A stretch of 64,000 nucleotides of DNA, taken from positions 1,088,001 through 1,152,000 of the forward strand of contig CBDCSU010000005.1 in NCBI GenBank assembly GCA_965221775.1, given 5' to 3'. The translations under genes were made by a program, and so were the position numbers. This stretch comes from Candidatus Latescibacterota bacterium. Its GTDB lineage: Bacteria > Latescibacterota > UBA2968 > UBA8231. The notes below the pieces were generated by a model. That model saw nothing but the letters and a program-made list of their open reading frames with translations, ran no database searches and was not told the origin of the DNA. Of the stretch, positions 37,761 through 46,621 are shown in pieces; position 1 is the first letter of the stretch; every line of letters begins with the position of its first letter.

Positions 37761-39175
37761 CCGAGCTCGACGCCGTCTTCCGGCCGGTGCGCGAGCTGTC
37801 GGAGCGGGTGCGCACGCGGCAGGTGTCGCCGGTGGCGCTGACGCGGCTGTTCCTGGACCGGCTGGAGCGGATCGGGCCGCGGTACAATGCGGTCGTGACC
37901 CTCACCGCCGATCTGGCCGAGAAGCAGGCGCAGGACTCCGAGCGGGAGATCGTCGAGGGGCGCTACCGCGGTCCGCTGCACGGCATCCCGTACGGACTCA
38001 AGGACGTGTTCGCCACCGAGGGCTACCCGACGACGTGGGGCGCGGGGCCGCTGCGCGACCAGGCCTTCGACTACGACGCCACCATAGTCCGCAGGCTGCG
38101 GGATGCCGGCGCCGTGCTGGCCGCCAAGCTGGCGCTGGTGGAGCTGGCCGGCGGCACGGGGTACCGGCGGGCGAAGGCCTCGTTCACCGGGCCCGGCCTC
38201 AACCCGTGGGACCCCGGCACGTGGAGCGGCGGCTCCTCGAGCGGCTCCGGGTCGGCGGTCGCCGCGGGGCTCGTGCCGTTCGCGATCGGCACGGAGACGT
38301 GGGGATCGATCGTGGGACCGTCGTCCAACTGCGCCGTGTCCGGCCTGCGCCCCACCTTCGGCCGCGTGAGCCGGCACGGCGGTATGCCGCTCACCTACGG
38401 GATGGACAAGCCGGGGCCGATGTGCCTCACCGCCGACGACTGCGGACTCGTGCTCGATGCGGTGGCCGGCCCTGATGAGCGCGACGAGGCGACCACGACG
38501 CGGCCGTACGAGTATCGCCTGCACCGCCCGGAGCGTGGCCGCTACCGTCTGGGGGTGCCCAAAGAGGTGCCTGACAGCTCCCGGCCGGGCGTACAGAAAC
38601 GCTTCCGGGAGGCGCTGGCCGCGCTGGCCGAGGTGGCGGACATCGAGGAGGTCGGGCTTCCGGACCTGCCGTACGCCGAGGTGTCCAGCACGATCTTCCT
38701 GGCCGAGTCGGCCAGCGTCATGGAGGGGCTCATCGACAGCGGCCTCACCGCGGGGCTCACCGCGCCGGAGGCGCGCATCGGGACCTATGCCCGGACCGCG
38801 GTGCTGGCCGCCGACTACCTGCGGGCGCTGCGGCTGCGGCGCGCCATCGCGGAGGCGGCCGACCGGCTGCTTGCGCGCTACGACGCGCTGCTGTCGCCGA
38901 CGCGGCCGACGGTCGCGCCGCCGGCCGACCGGCCCTGGGTCAAGAAGCCCGGGGAGGCGGCCGATCCGCTGGGAGCGTTCGGTAGCTGCATCGGGCTGCC
39001 GGCGATCTCGGTGCCCATGGGATTCTCGGACGAGGGCTTGCCGATGGGCCTGCAGATCCTGGGTCGGGCCTATGACGAGAACGTGGTGCTGGCCGTTGCC
39101 TCCGCCTACCAGGGGCTGACCGACTGGCACGCACGGCACCCGCCGGATCTGCTGCAGGCCATCGCAACGAACTGA
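37757..39175 (+). CDS. Amidase signature family protein
   Basis: 'GPLHGIPYGLKD', 'GGSSSGS', 'AIGTETWGSI', 'GLRPTFGRVS'. Confidence 0.93.
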   Translation: MTELDAVFRPVRELSERVRTRQVSPVALTRLFLDRLERIGPRYNAVVTLTADLAEKQAQDSEREIVEGRYRGPLHGIPYGLKDVFATEGYPTTWGAGPLRDQAFDYDATIVRRLRDAGAVLAAKLALVELAGGTGYRRAKASFTGPGLNPWDPGTWSGGSSSGSGSAVAAGLVPFAIGTETWGSIVGPSSNCAVSGLRPTFGRVSRHGGMPLTYGMDKPGPMCLTADDCGLVLDAVAGPDERDEATTTRPYEYRLHRPERGRYRLGVPKEVPDSSRPGVQKRFREALAALAEVADIEEVGLPDLPYAEVSSTIFLAESASVMEGLIDSGLTAGLTAPEARIGTYARTAVLAADYLRALRLRRAIAEAADRLLARYDALLSPTRPTVAPPADRPWVKKPGEAADPLGAFGSCIGLPAISVPMGFSDEGLPMGLQILGRAYDENVVLAVASAYQGLTDWHARHPPDLLQAIATN

Positions 39176-39176
39176 A

Positions 39177-39297
39177 GGAGCCCGACGCCGGCGGGCTGTT
39201 CAAGGCAAGTCCGGGTTGCCGCGGGGTGGAACCCTTCCAGTTCGGCGGGTAAGCGGCTACTTGCCGCTCCACGCCGTGCTGATGCTGGTGTACCCGT
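39177..39297 (+). repeat. Direct repeat, right copy
   Basis: See 37265-37382. Confidence 0.92.
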
Positions 39298-40126
39298 CGA
39301 CGTAGCGCTTCAGGTGCGCGGGCAGCTCGGCGAGGAACCGCTGGCCGCTCTCCGGGATCTCCCAGGGGACGTCGATGCGGTGGTTGCGGTCGCGGAAGCC
39401 GATGGCGCACGACAGCCGGGGTTCATCGAGGTTGTTCGTAAAGGCGCCGTGATAGGTGCGGTGGGCGAAGACGATCATGTCCCCGGGATCGGTGAACAGA
39501 GGGATGAGCCCCGGAATGTCAAACCCGTCGTAGCGCGATTCCTCTTCTCCCTCGGGATAGAAGGAGCCGCGGTCGCCGGTCAGGGTGAACCCTTCCGGCC
39601 CCTCCCACCCCTCGACGTGGGAACCCTCGATCACGCACAGCCCCCCGTGGACCGGCCTTGAGCCGGTGATGTAGAACCACTTCCCCGAGGGCCACAGCCC
39701 GCGGTTGAGGACCTCGCCCGAGTTCTTCGGCGGTCCCCCGGTGAACCCCTTCCAGTCGGTGTGCCAGCGGACCGGCGCCGACCCCGGCATGCGGATGATG
39801 GCCGCCGACCGGTGGACGGTCATCTGATCCGTGCCGATCAGGTGGCGGTGAACCTCCATGAAGGGCTCGTGCTCCAGCAGCGACCACGCCCCCGGCCCCG
39901 ACTCGATCCAGGCGTGGCGGGTCCGCGACTCCCCGGGCCCCAGGGTGCGCTCCGGGTCGGTGCCGTCCCACACGGCCTCCCTCAGGCCGGCGACGACCGC
40001 GTCGGGCAGCACGTCCTTGATGATGGCGAAGCCGTGCGCCTCCAGGCACTCCGACATGGCGTCGAGCTCTCCCAAGGAGAACTCGTATCTATAACCAGGA
40101 TCCGGTTTCTCGATGGTTTCGGTCAT
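39257..40126 (-). CDS. Phytanoyl-CoA dioxygenase (PhyH) family
   Basis: 'HGFAIIKDVL', 'WHTD', 'GGLCVIEGSH', 'PGDMIVF...YHG...N...R'. Confidence 0.9.
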   Translation of the reverse strand: MTETIEKPDPGYRYEFSLGELDAMSECLEAHGFAIIKDVLPDAVVAGLREAVWDGTDPERTLGPGESRTRHAWIESGPGAWSLLEHEPFMEVHRHLIGTDQMTVHRSAAIIRMPGSAPVRWHTDWKGFTGGPPKNSGEVLNRGLWPSGKWFYITGSRPVHGGLCVIEGSHVEGWEGPEGFTLTGDRGSFYPEGEEESRYDGFDIPGLIPLFTDPGDMIVFAHRTYHGAFTNNLDEPRLSCAIGFRDRNHRIDVPWEIPESGQRFLAELPAHLKRYVDGYTSISTAWSGK

Positions 40127-40136
40127 CCTTGCCTCT

Positions 40137-40979
40137 TCAGGGGCCCCTTACTCGCTGCTCTCCCGCGACCAAGTCCATCAGTTCCTGACCCAGGCTGATG
40201 GCTGAGGCCGCGATGAAGTCGGAGTCCTCCAGGCCCTCGACATGTTGAACCGCCATCTGAGTACCAGTGGACGTGGCTGCCCCGAAGAATTCGGGGAACC
40301 ACGACAGCGCTTCGGTCGTGACCACACCGGACATCTCATGTTCCAGCAGGCTCCTGAGTTCAGTCGCCAATCTCGGCGCGTCGACTGCCCGGAGGAGCCG
40401 GTAGATGTCGAAAGCGTCCTTGTTTCTCAATCTGTCTCGTCCGGGCGCATCGGCGCGGTCGGCCAATTTGTGGATCTTGGCCACCAACAAAGCCGCAGGT
40501 CCGGCAACCTTGATTTCGTAAGCCCGGTCGTCCCCCGGCGCCAGAGCACTGATGGTCATCGACGTTCGCCTGACCAGCGCCCCCTCGAGTCCGCGCACCT
40601 GCCTCGCGGCCCGGGTTCCATGGACGCCGAGCTTTGCTCCCCTGCCACGTCGTCCGCCGACTGCTTCCGGTACCAGGATATCCACCTGCGCGTCGTCGTC
40701 CCTTCGATACATCCCGGGCTGGTCGGCCAGCGAGTAGCGGGCAGCCTGCATGGCCTCGGTAATTCTCGGGTCGTCGACCAGCAGCTCCGGGTCAAGGGCC
40801 ACATCCGCATCGAGAGTGAAGGGGGAGACCCCGAAGTGCGCATCGATGCCACGAGTATGTTCATAGATCGCCTGGGCGCCCACCAGAACGGCTGCCTGAC
40901 GCAGTGGCCCCAAGGCTTCCAGTGCGTCCAGCAGACCTGTCCTGGCCCTTATGTAGTCTGCATCAACGGGAGTCGCCAC
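40137..40979 (-). CDS. AbiEii-like nucleotidyltransferase (type IV toxin)
   Basis: 'LVGAQAI', 'TLDADVAL', 'LLVAK', 'KDAFDIYRLL'; overlaps the upstream gene. Confidence 0.75.
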   Translation of the reverse strand: MATPVDADYIRARTGLLDALEALGPLRQAAVLVGAQAIYEHTRGIDAHFGVSPFTLDADVALDPELLVDDPRITEAMQAARYSLADQPGMYRRDDDAQVDILVPEAVGGRRGRGAKLGVHGTRAARQVRGLEGALVRRTSMTISALAPGDDRAYEIKVAGPAALLVAKIHKLADRADAPGRDRLRNKDAFDIYRLLRAVDAPRLATELRSLLEHEMSGVVTTEALSWFPEFFGAATSTGTQMAVQHVEGLEDSDFIAASAISLGQELMDLVAGEQRVRGP

Positions 40980-42076
40980 AGTTCCTCCGTGGAGCGCATC
41001 CACTCGACCAGACTCTCCGCTTCGGCTGGACCCCGACCGGGTCCTGTCATGAGGTCTGGCACAACCTGGGTCACTCGGGCGTAGGTAATGCCGTCGGCGT
41101 ACTCCGTCCGGTCGAAGACCACCGGGTCAAAGGGCTGCCCGATGAGGACATTGGCGCCCGTGTCGGCCGGTCGCAGTCCGAGCCGCTTGATGGCCTCTTC
41201 GGGATTTCCGGCATAGACGACAGCAGTCCGCGGCTCGGCTACAGGAGCGTAGCGGACCGCGGCAAAGGATCCGGTGACCGCGTAGGTCAGGTCCAAGTCG
41301 CGCAGCTTGTCGAAGAGCCTCGGCAACCCTCGAGGCTCAAGGCAGGGAGTCATCCGGTTGGCTTTGGGGAACTCATAGTCAAGGGCCCATCGCTGCAGCA
41401 GCCGTTCCCAATCAACCGAGACTATGGCCTTCCTGGGGGCTTCTCGCTCGATAATGCCGTCTCGGTCGAGCAGGTCGGCCACACGCGAGATCGAAGCGGG
41501 AGCGTTCGCGGTCAGGGTAGCCAGCTCACGGGTGCCGAAAGGAGGGCGATAGTCCAGGAAAGCGCGCACCACCCGCCCGCTGCGCCGTCCCTGGAGTGAA
41601 CGCAGACGGACTTTCTCTCGCCAAGGATTTCGGACTGCTCCCTGGGTCTCGATGAAGACAGCGGGCTGGTTGGTGACGAACCTGATGTTTCCCGTGGCAT
41701 CGGCGTAGCTGATGCCCGCTTCGGCCAATCTCTCCCTGGCTGAAGGCCCCAGGAAGGGTGCGACGATCATGAAGGTCAGGTTGTCGGACCCCAGGACCTC
41801 TCTGCCCCAGGGGAGGAGGAGCCGTTGCCATTGGTCCATTAGCAAGAGGACCTGTCGCGCCTCAACCGGCCGTACCTTCACTTCAACCATGACGGTTGCC
41901 GAGACACCCTGGGAGTCCGCCAGGGAAAGGGTGGCGTCAATCTCGGTCCTCCTGGGCCACACCGTATTCTTCTTGCCGAGTCTCTTCAGCGACCATCCCG
42001 GTGGCATACGGCTGCGGAGGGCCGTCGTTGTCTCGGCCAGAAGATTTGTCTCGGAATATCCTGTGTTACGAGTCAT
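40949..42076 (-). CDS. AbiEi-like antitoxin / transcriptional regulator
   Basis: 'APFL..SARE.L..AGISYAD.TGN', wHTH 'TRELA.......SISRV..LL', 'YAVTGSFAA', 'Q...DL...GRG..EAE'. Confidence 0.75.
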   Translation of the reverse strand: MTRNTGYSETNLLAETTTALRSRMPPGWSLKRLGKKNTVWPRRTEIDATLSLADSQGVSATVMVEVKVRPVEARQVLLLMDQWQRLLLPWGREVLGSDNLTFMIVAPFLGPSARERLAEAGISYADATGNIRFVTNQPAVFIETQGAVRNPWREKVRLRSLQGRRSGRVVRAFLDYRPPFGTRELATLTANAPASISRVADLLDRDGIIEREAPRKAIVSVDWERLLQRWALDYEFPKANRMTPCLEPRGLPRLFDKLRDLDLTYAVTGSFAAVRYAPVAEPRTAVVYAGNPEEAIKRLGLRPADTGANVLIGQPFDPVVFDRTEYADGITYARVTQVVPDLMTGPGRGPAEAESLVEWMRSTEELWRLPLMQTT

Positions 42077-42083
42077 ATGGAAC

Positions 42084-42112
42084 ACTGTAAAAAGTGAAAC
42101 GGATACTGTCAA
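42084..42112 (-). promoter_or_regulatory. Near-consensus sigma70 promoter, leaderless
   Basis: TTGACA-N17-TACAGT, 7 nt before the ATG at 42076. Confidence 0.75.
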
Positions 42113-42134
42113 GCGCCGCTCTTGTCGGGACTGA

Positions 42135-42205
42135 CCCAGGGTGTGATCCGGGTCCGTGCCGTCCCGCACGGCCTCCCTCAGGCCGGCGATGACGGCGAAG
42201 CCGTG
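42135..42205 (-). repeat. Internally deleted copy of a PhyH 5' segment
   Basis: Matches 39939-39995 plus 40019-40036 (HGFA..AGLREAV.DGTDP..TLG). Confidence 0.88.
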
Positions 42206-42258
42206 GCGCGACAGTGTCCAGGGGCATCGCCGGGAGTGGCCTGCCGCGCCCGACCTGC

Positions 42259-42711
42259 TCAGTGGAGCCCCTTCGACTTGAGCTCGCCCCACGACATGGA
42301 CGAGACCGCGGTCACCGGGACGTCCCCCTCGCCTGCTACCTTGAGGATGTTGGCGCTGGCCCACTTCTTCGCCACGCCATCGACGACGACATCGGCCACA
42401 AGGCGGTATTCTCCGGGCTCCGTGGGGATGTATCCGCAGGCGCCGCCGGTCGTTCTTGTTCCCGCGACATCGTTCCACTCTTCGTCCTCGCTCCCTCGCC
42501 TCTGCCACCTGGACTCGACGATGGAAAACGATCCGGTGATGAGGGAAATGCACTCGGCCTCCCCCGAAGTGAGGACTCTGACTTTCCCATCCTCGGTCAC
42601 GGTGACCTCGTCCACGGGCATGTAGTCGTCCGCCAGGGCGGCGGATGCGAGGCCGACAGTCGGCAAGGCGGACAGCGCGAGCATGAAGCACTTCCTCCTG
42701 ACCCGATGCAT
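42259..42711 (-). CDS. Secreted protein with a 'TAV...SWGELK' C-terminal motif
   Basis: AGGAG RBS; signal 'ALSALPTVGLASAALA'; tail 'VTAVSSMSWGELKSK'. Confidence 0.75.
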   Translation of the reverse strand: MHRVRRKCFMLALSALPTVGLASAALADDYMPVDEVTVTEDGKVRVLTSGEAECISLITGSFSIVESRWQRRGSEDEEWNDVAGTRTTGGACGYIPTEPGEYRLVADVVVDGVAKKWASANILKVAGEGDVPVTAVSSMSWGELKSKGLH

Positions 42712-42937
42712 GGTCCTTCTCCTGTGAGAGGGTGAGGTTCGCCCTTCCTCAGGCAAGGACCGTGCCACCCCGATGCCCCCCGAAACGGGGCCGGGCGGCG
42801 GCCGTCAGGATGAACGCTGGCGGACACTTGGCAGCCCGATCGAGCGCCATCGAACACTCTGGTCGGGTTCGCGGCGTGGGAGGGGCCGAAGGCTCCCCTG
42901 GGGGCTGCCTTCGGCCACGAACTGCAGAACGGGCAGG

Positions 42938-42981
42938 CCGACATCGCGTCGAGCTCTCCCGGGGAGATGGCCTCGGTCATC
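42938..42981 (-). repeat. Remnant of the PhyH start (MTEAI-SPGELDAMS), RBS intact
   Basis: Matches 40051-40080 plus 40112-40127; GGAGG upstream. Confidence 0.8.
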
Positions 42982-42996
42982 AGTGATCCTCCGCTG

Positions 42997-43881
42997 CTAC
43001 CACCCGTTCGCATCCCGCAGCCGCTCCCACTGTTCCCATTCGAGGCCGGCTTCGCCGAGGCGGTTCTTTCTGCTCTCGCCGTGGTAGTCGCTGCCGCCCG
43101 TGGCGAACAGGCCGTGGCGTTCCGCGACCCCGGCGAAACGGGGAATCAGCTCATCGGCCTCGCCTCCCCCGGCCTCTGATCCATAGGGATAGGACACCTC
43201 CAGACCGTCGAGGCCGGCCTCGGCCATCCGGCGCACGGCATCGTCGAGATCGCGCACGCGATGGTAGACGCCGGGGTGAGCCAGCACCGCCTTGCCGCCC
43301 GCCGCGTGGATCAGCTCGATGGCGTCCTCCACCTTCAGACTGAAGCGGCGCGGCACCCAGACGGAGTCCTGGGCGTCGGGAGCCAGGTACTGTTCGAACA
43401 CGTCATCGATGGAGGAGAACCGGCCCGGATTGTGCTGGATGGCGATCTGCGCGATGTGGGGACGGCCGGGGACTCCGTCGCCGGCCAGATCCATCAAGTC
43501 CTGCTCCGGCACGTGCAGTCCGTAGTCGTGGAGGCGCCTGACCTGGCGGATCTTCTGCTCGATCCGGCTCTCGATCACCTCCTTCAACGTCTCCAGCAGC
43601 GTCGGATCGTCCGGGTCGATGCCGTATCCCAGGATGTGGATGTCCAGGAAGTCCCGCTCCTCCTCCTTGGTCGTGCTCAACTCGATGGCCGGGAGCACGT
43701 GCACACCCGCATCTGCGCCGGCGGCGCTGGCCGCGGCCACGCCGCGAACGCTGTCGTGGTCCGTCACGGCCAGCACGCGGATGCCGAGGGCGGCCGCCTT
43801 GGCCACCAGCTCTTCCGGGGTGTCCGTGCCGTCGGAGAACTTCGTGTGGGTCTGCAGGTCCACGGGAAAGGTGCGATTCAT
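42997..43881 (-). CDS. PHP domain phosphoesterase
   Basis: 'DLQTHT.FSDG', 'AVTDHD', 'IHILGY', 'GRPHIA', 'VLAHP', 'TGGSDYHG'. Confidence 0.95.
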   Translation of the reverse strand: MNRTFPVDLQTHTKFSDGTDTPEELVAKAAALGIRVLAVTDHDSVRGVAAASAAGADAGVHVLPAIELSTTKEEERDFLDIHILGYGIDPDDPTLLETLKEVIESRIEQKIRQVRRLHDYGLHVPEQDLMDLAGDGVPGRPHIAQIAIQHNPGRFSSIDDVFEQYLAPDAQDSVWVPRRFSLKVEDAIELIHAAGGKAVLAHPGVYHRVRDLDDAVRRMAEAGLDGLEVSYPYGSEAGGGEADELIPRFAGVAERHGLFATGGSDYHGESRKNRLGEAGLEWEQWERLRDANGW

Positions 43882-45050
43882 GAGCGGTCCAGCTCCCAGA
43901 TGGGGAAGTTGAAGGGGAACACCTGGCCCAGAAGGTCGGCCGCCCTCGCGGGCAGGTCCAACGGCTCGCAGGAGGAGTGGCCGCCGAAGACCAGCTGCAC
44001 CATCTGCCGCTCCGTCAGCGCAACCCTCTCCGCGGCCGGATCGGCGTCGAAGCCGACCTCCCCTCCGCCGAACCCCACGGTGACGCGCTCGCCGGTATCC
44101 GTGCACTCCAGCGAGACCGCGCCCGACACACCGTCCGAGCGCGAGCGCAGGTGGCCCTCGATGCTTCGGAGCAGCAACTCCAGGCTGTTGATGCGGATCA
44201 TCTGCGATCCGACCCCGGAGCCGCGCTCGATCTCCTGCCGCGTCGATCCCACGCGGGCGGCGAGCAGGTCACCGAGCACCGTGGGCTTCAGCCTCGTCAC
44301 CGCCTGCACCGGCGCGTGCGTCCTCACCGCCTCGGCCGCCAGGGCTTCCACCGCCGCGGCGCTTCCCCCGGCCTCGTTCAGGCCCGGCTTGTTCCTCCCC
44401 GATCCCACGCACAGGTAGCCGGCCACCTCGCCGCCGGCCAGGGCCAGCCGCGTGCTGATCTTCGGGAGGGTCAGCAGGGCGGCGTACTCCTCCCTGTCGC
44501 GGGCGACGCGCCAAGGTTCCGCGTCGTGGAAGCGGATGACGGCGTCGAGGTGCTCATCCCTGCCTGCGTCGAAGGGGACGATCTCGAACTCCCCGCGCTC
44601 GAAGAGCGCTTCGTCACCGGGAGCAAGGGTGTAGACCCACCCCTGGTTGGCCACCGCCTCCCAGCCGGACTGGTGGTAGAAGGGGAAGGTGGCGGGCACC
44701 GTCCACAGGACGGAGACGGGCCAGCCGTTTTCCTTCATGATGCGCACACAGTCGCGCAGGCAGCGCGTGGCGTAGCCCCTGCGGCGGTGGTCGGGATGGG
44801 TGACGGTGGGGCTGATGATGCCGGCGGTGAATGTGTCCCCGCCGGCGATGATCTTGCGCGGCGCCACCGGCACGTGGGCCACCACTTGGCCCGCCACCTT
44901 GAGGATGCGCATGTAGCGCAACCCGCGGTCGTTGAAGATCAGGGGGTAGTCGGTGCGGATGTCCTGGTCGGAGCCGGCGCGGAAGACGGAGTTGATGAGG
45001 GCGAGGGTTTCGTCGAACTCCTCGGGCCTGCAGGCGCGGGGTCCTTCCAT
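43878..45050 (-). CDS. GNAT acetyltransferase (Eis-like)
   Basis: 'VTHPDHRRRGYA', 'FYHQSGWE'; TGATG coupling to the permease. Confidence 0.85.
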   Translation of the reverse strand: MEGPRACRPEEFDETLALINSVFRAGSDQDIRTDYPLIFNDRGLRYMRILKVAGQVVAHVPVAPRKIIAGGDTFTAGIISPTVTHPDHRRRGYATRCLRDCVRIMKENGWPVSVLWTVPATFPFYHQSGWEAVANQGWVYTLAPGDEALFERGEFEIVPFDAGRDEHLDAVIRFHDAEPWRVARDREEYAALLTLPKISTRLALAGGEVAGYLCVGSGRNKPGLNEAGGSAAAVEALAAEAVRTHAPVQAVTRLKPTVLGDLLAARVGSTRQEIERGSGVGSQMIRINSLELLLRSIEGHLRSRSDGVSGAVSLECTDTGERVTVGFGGGEVGFDADPAAERVALTERQMVQLVFGGHSSCEPLDLPARAADLLGQVFPFNFPIWELDRS

Positions 45051-46612
45051 CAGCCGCCGTGCCGGGCCCAGTCCGGCAGCACCCCGGCTTCGATCCCGAA
45101 CAGGTGCGGGCCCATGAAGCTGAAGATGAGAGTGATCACCACGGCCCCCACAAGATTGAGGACGACGCCGACTCGCGCCATCTCGGAGATCCTCACCCGG
45201 TCGCTGCCGAAGACGACGGCGTTGGGGGGCGTGGCCACGGGCATCATGAAGGCGCACGAGGCCGAGAGCGTGGCGGGGATCATGAGCAGCAGCGGGTGCA
45301 GGCCCGTGGCGACGGCCACGGCGGCGAAGATGGGCAGCACCATCTCGGTGGTGGCGGTGTTCGAGGTGAGCTCGGTGAGGAAGGTGATGGAGAGGCAGAT
45401 GACGAGGATGAGGACGACGGGCGGCACCGAGCCGAGGCCGCTGAAGCCGCCGCCGATGAAGCGGGCCAGTCCGGTGATCTGGAAGCCATGGGCGAGGGCG
45501 AAGCCGCCCCCGAAGAGGAGGACGATGTTCCACGGCAGCCCGCGCACCACGTCGGGACCCATCAGCGTCCGGGACTGCGCGCCGGGAGAGCGGGCCGGCA
45601 CCAGGAAGAGGAGGCAGGCCATGGTGATGGCCACGGTGCCGTCGTCGATCAGGTGGCCGAAGGGCAGCAGGCCGGACCAGCCGGGGATGGTGAGCCCCCC
45701 GATCACGATGGGGGCGCGGAAGACCCAGAGCACGGCGGTGGCGGCGAAGACGGCGAGGATCACCCGCTCCTCGAAGCGGACCTCCCCGAGCTTGCGCGCC
45801 TCCGACTCCAGGACCTCGCGGTCGACGGTGACCTCCCGCGGGATGCGGAAGAAGACCTGCGTGATCAGCGCCCAGGCGCAGGCCAGCATGATCAGCGTGA
45901 TCGGCGCCGCCATGACAAACCACACGCCGAAGGAGATGTGGGGCGCCTCCGGGAAGGTGATCTGGAAGATCCGTTGCAGCGAGAGGTTCGGCGGCGTGCC
46001 CACGAGCGTGGCGATGCCCCCCGCCGAGCAGGCGTAGGCGATGCCGTGCATGACCGCCACCGAGAAGGCGCGGGTCCGCTCCCGGCCGAACTGCTCCTCC
46101 ATCCGCAGGATCACGGCGAGACCCACCGGGAGCATCATGATCGCCGTGGCCGTGTTGGAGATCCACATGGATAGGAAGGCCGCGGCGAGCATGAAGCCGA
46201 GCACGATCCGCGCCGGCCCTCCCCCCACCGAGCGGATGACCCACAGGGCGATCCGCCGGTGGACGTCCCACTTCTCCATGGTGAGCGCGATCATGAAGCC
46301 GCCGAGAAAGAGGACGATGGTGCTGTTGAAGTAGATCGGCGCCGTGGCGCGGGTCCGCTCGATGCCGAGGAGGGGGTAGAGGATCAGCGGCAGCAGGGCC
46401 GTGGCGTAGAGGGGGATCGCGTCGGTGATCCACCAGGTGGCCATGAGCAGGGCCACCGCCGCCATGCGCGTGACCTCGGGCTTGCCCGGCTCCAGGTCGA
46501 GGAACAGCAGGGTGAGGGCGGCCAGCAGCGGCCCCAGCCACAGGCCGATGCGCTGGCCGCGCGACCGGGGCTCGGGGGCGGCTGGCGGCTCGGGGTCGTG
46601 GGTGCTGGTCAC
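45050..46612 (-). CDS. SLC13/DASS family anion permease
   Basis: 'SMWISNTATAIMMLP', 'TLVGTPPN', 'TELTSNTAT', 'AFMMPVATPPNA'. Confidence 0.95.
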   Translation of the reverse strand: MTSTHDPEPPAAPEPRSRGQRIGLWLGPLLAALTLLFLDLEPGKPEVTRMAAVALLMATWWITDAIPLYATALLPLILYPLLGIERTRATAPIYFNSTIVLFLGGFMIALTMEKWDVHRRIALWVIRSVGGGPARIVLGFMLAAAFLSMWISNTATAIMMLPVGLAVILRMEEQFGRERTRAFSVAVMHGIAYACSAGGIATLVGTPPNLSLQRIFQITFPEAPHISFGVWFVMAAPITLIMLACAWALITQVFFRIPREVTVDREVLESEARKLGEVRFEERVILAVFAATAVLWVFRAPIVIGGLTIPGWSGLLPFGHLIDDGTVAITMACLLFLVPARSPGAQSRTLMGPDVVRGLPWNIVLLFGGGFALAHGFQITGLARFIGGGFSGLGSVPPVVLILVICLSITFLTELTSNTATTEMVLPIFAAVAVATGLHPLLLMIPATLSASCAFMMPVATPPNAVVFGSDRVRISEMARVGVVLNLVGAVVITLIFSFMGPHLFGIEAGVLPDWARHGG

Positions 46613-46621
46613 GGGGCGGGG

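Noticed and set aside
37539-39175. gatC-gatA call
   Set aside because: There is no gatB, the small ORF lacks a GatC pattern, and the pair sits in an inserted cassette; a generic amidase is the safer call.
30313-42981. Diversity-generating retroelement TR/VR pairs
   Set aside because: Mismatches between the repeat copies are not adenine-specific, they include deletions, and no reverse transcriptase is present.
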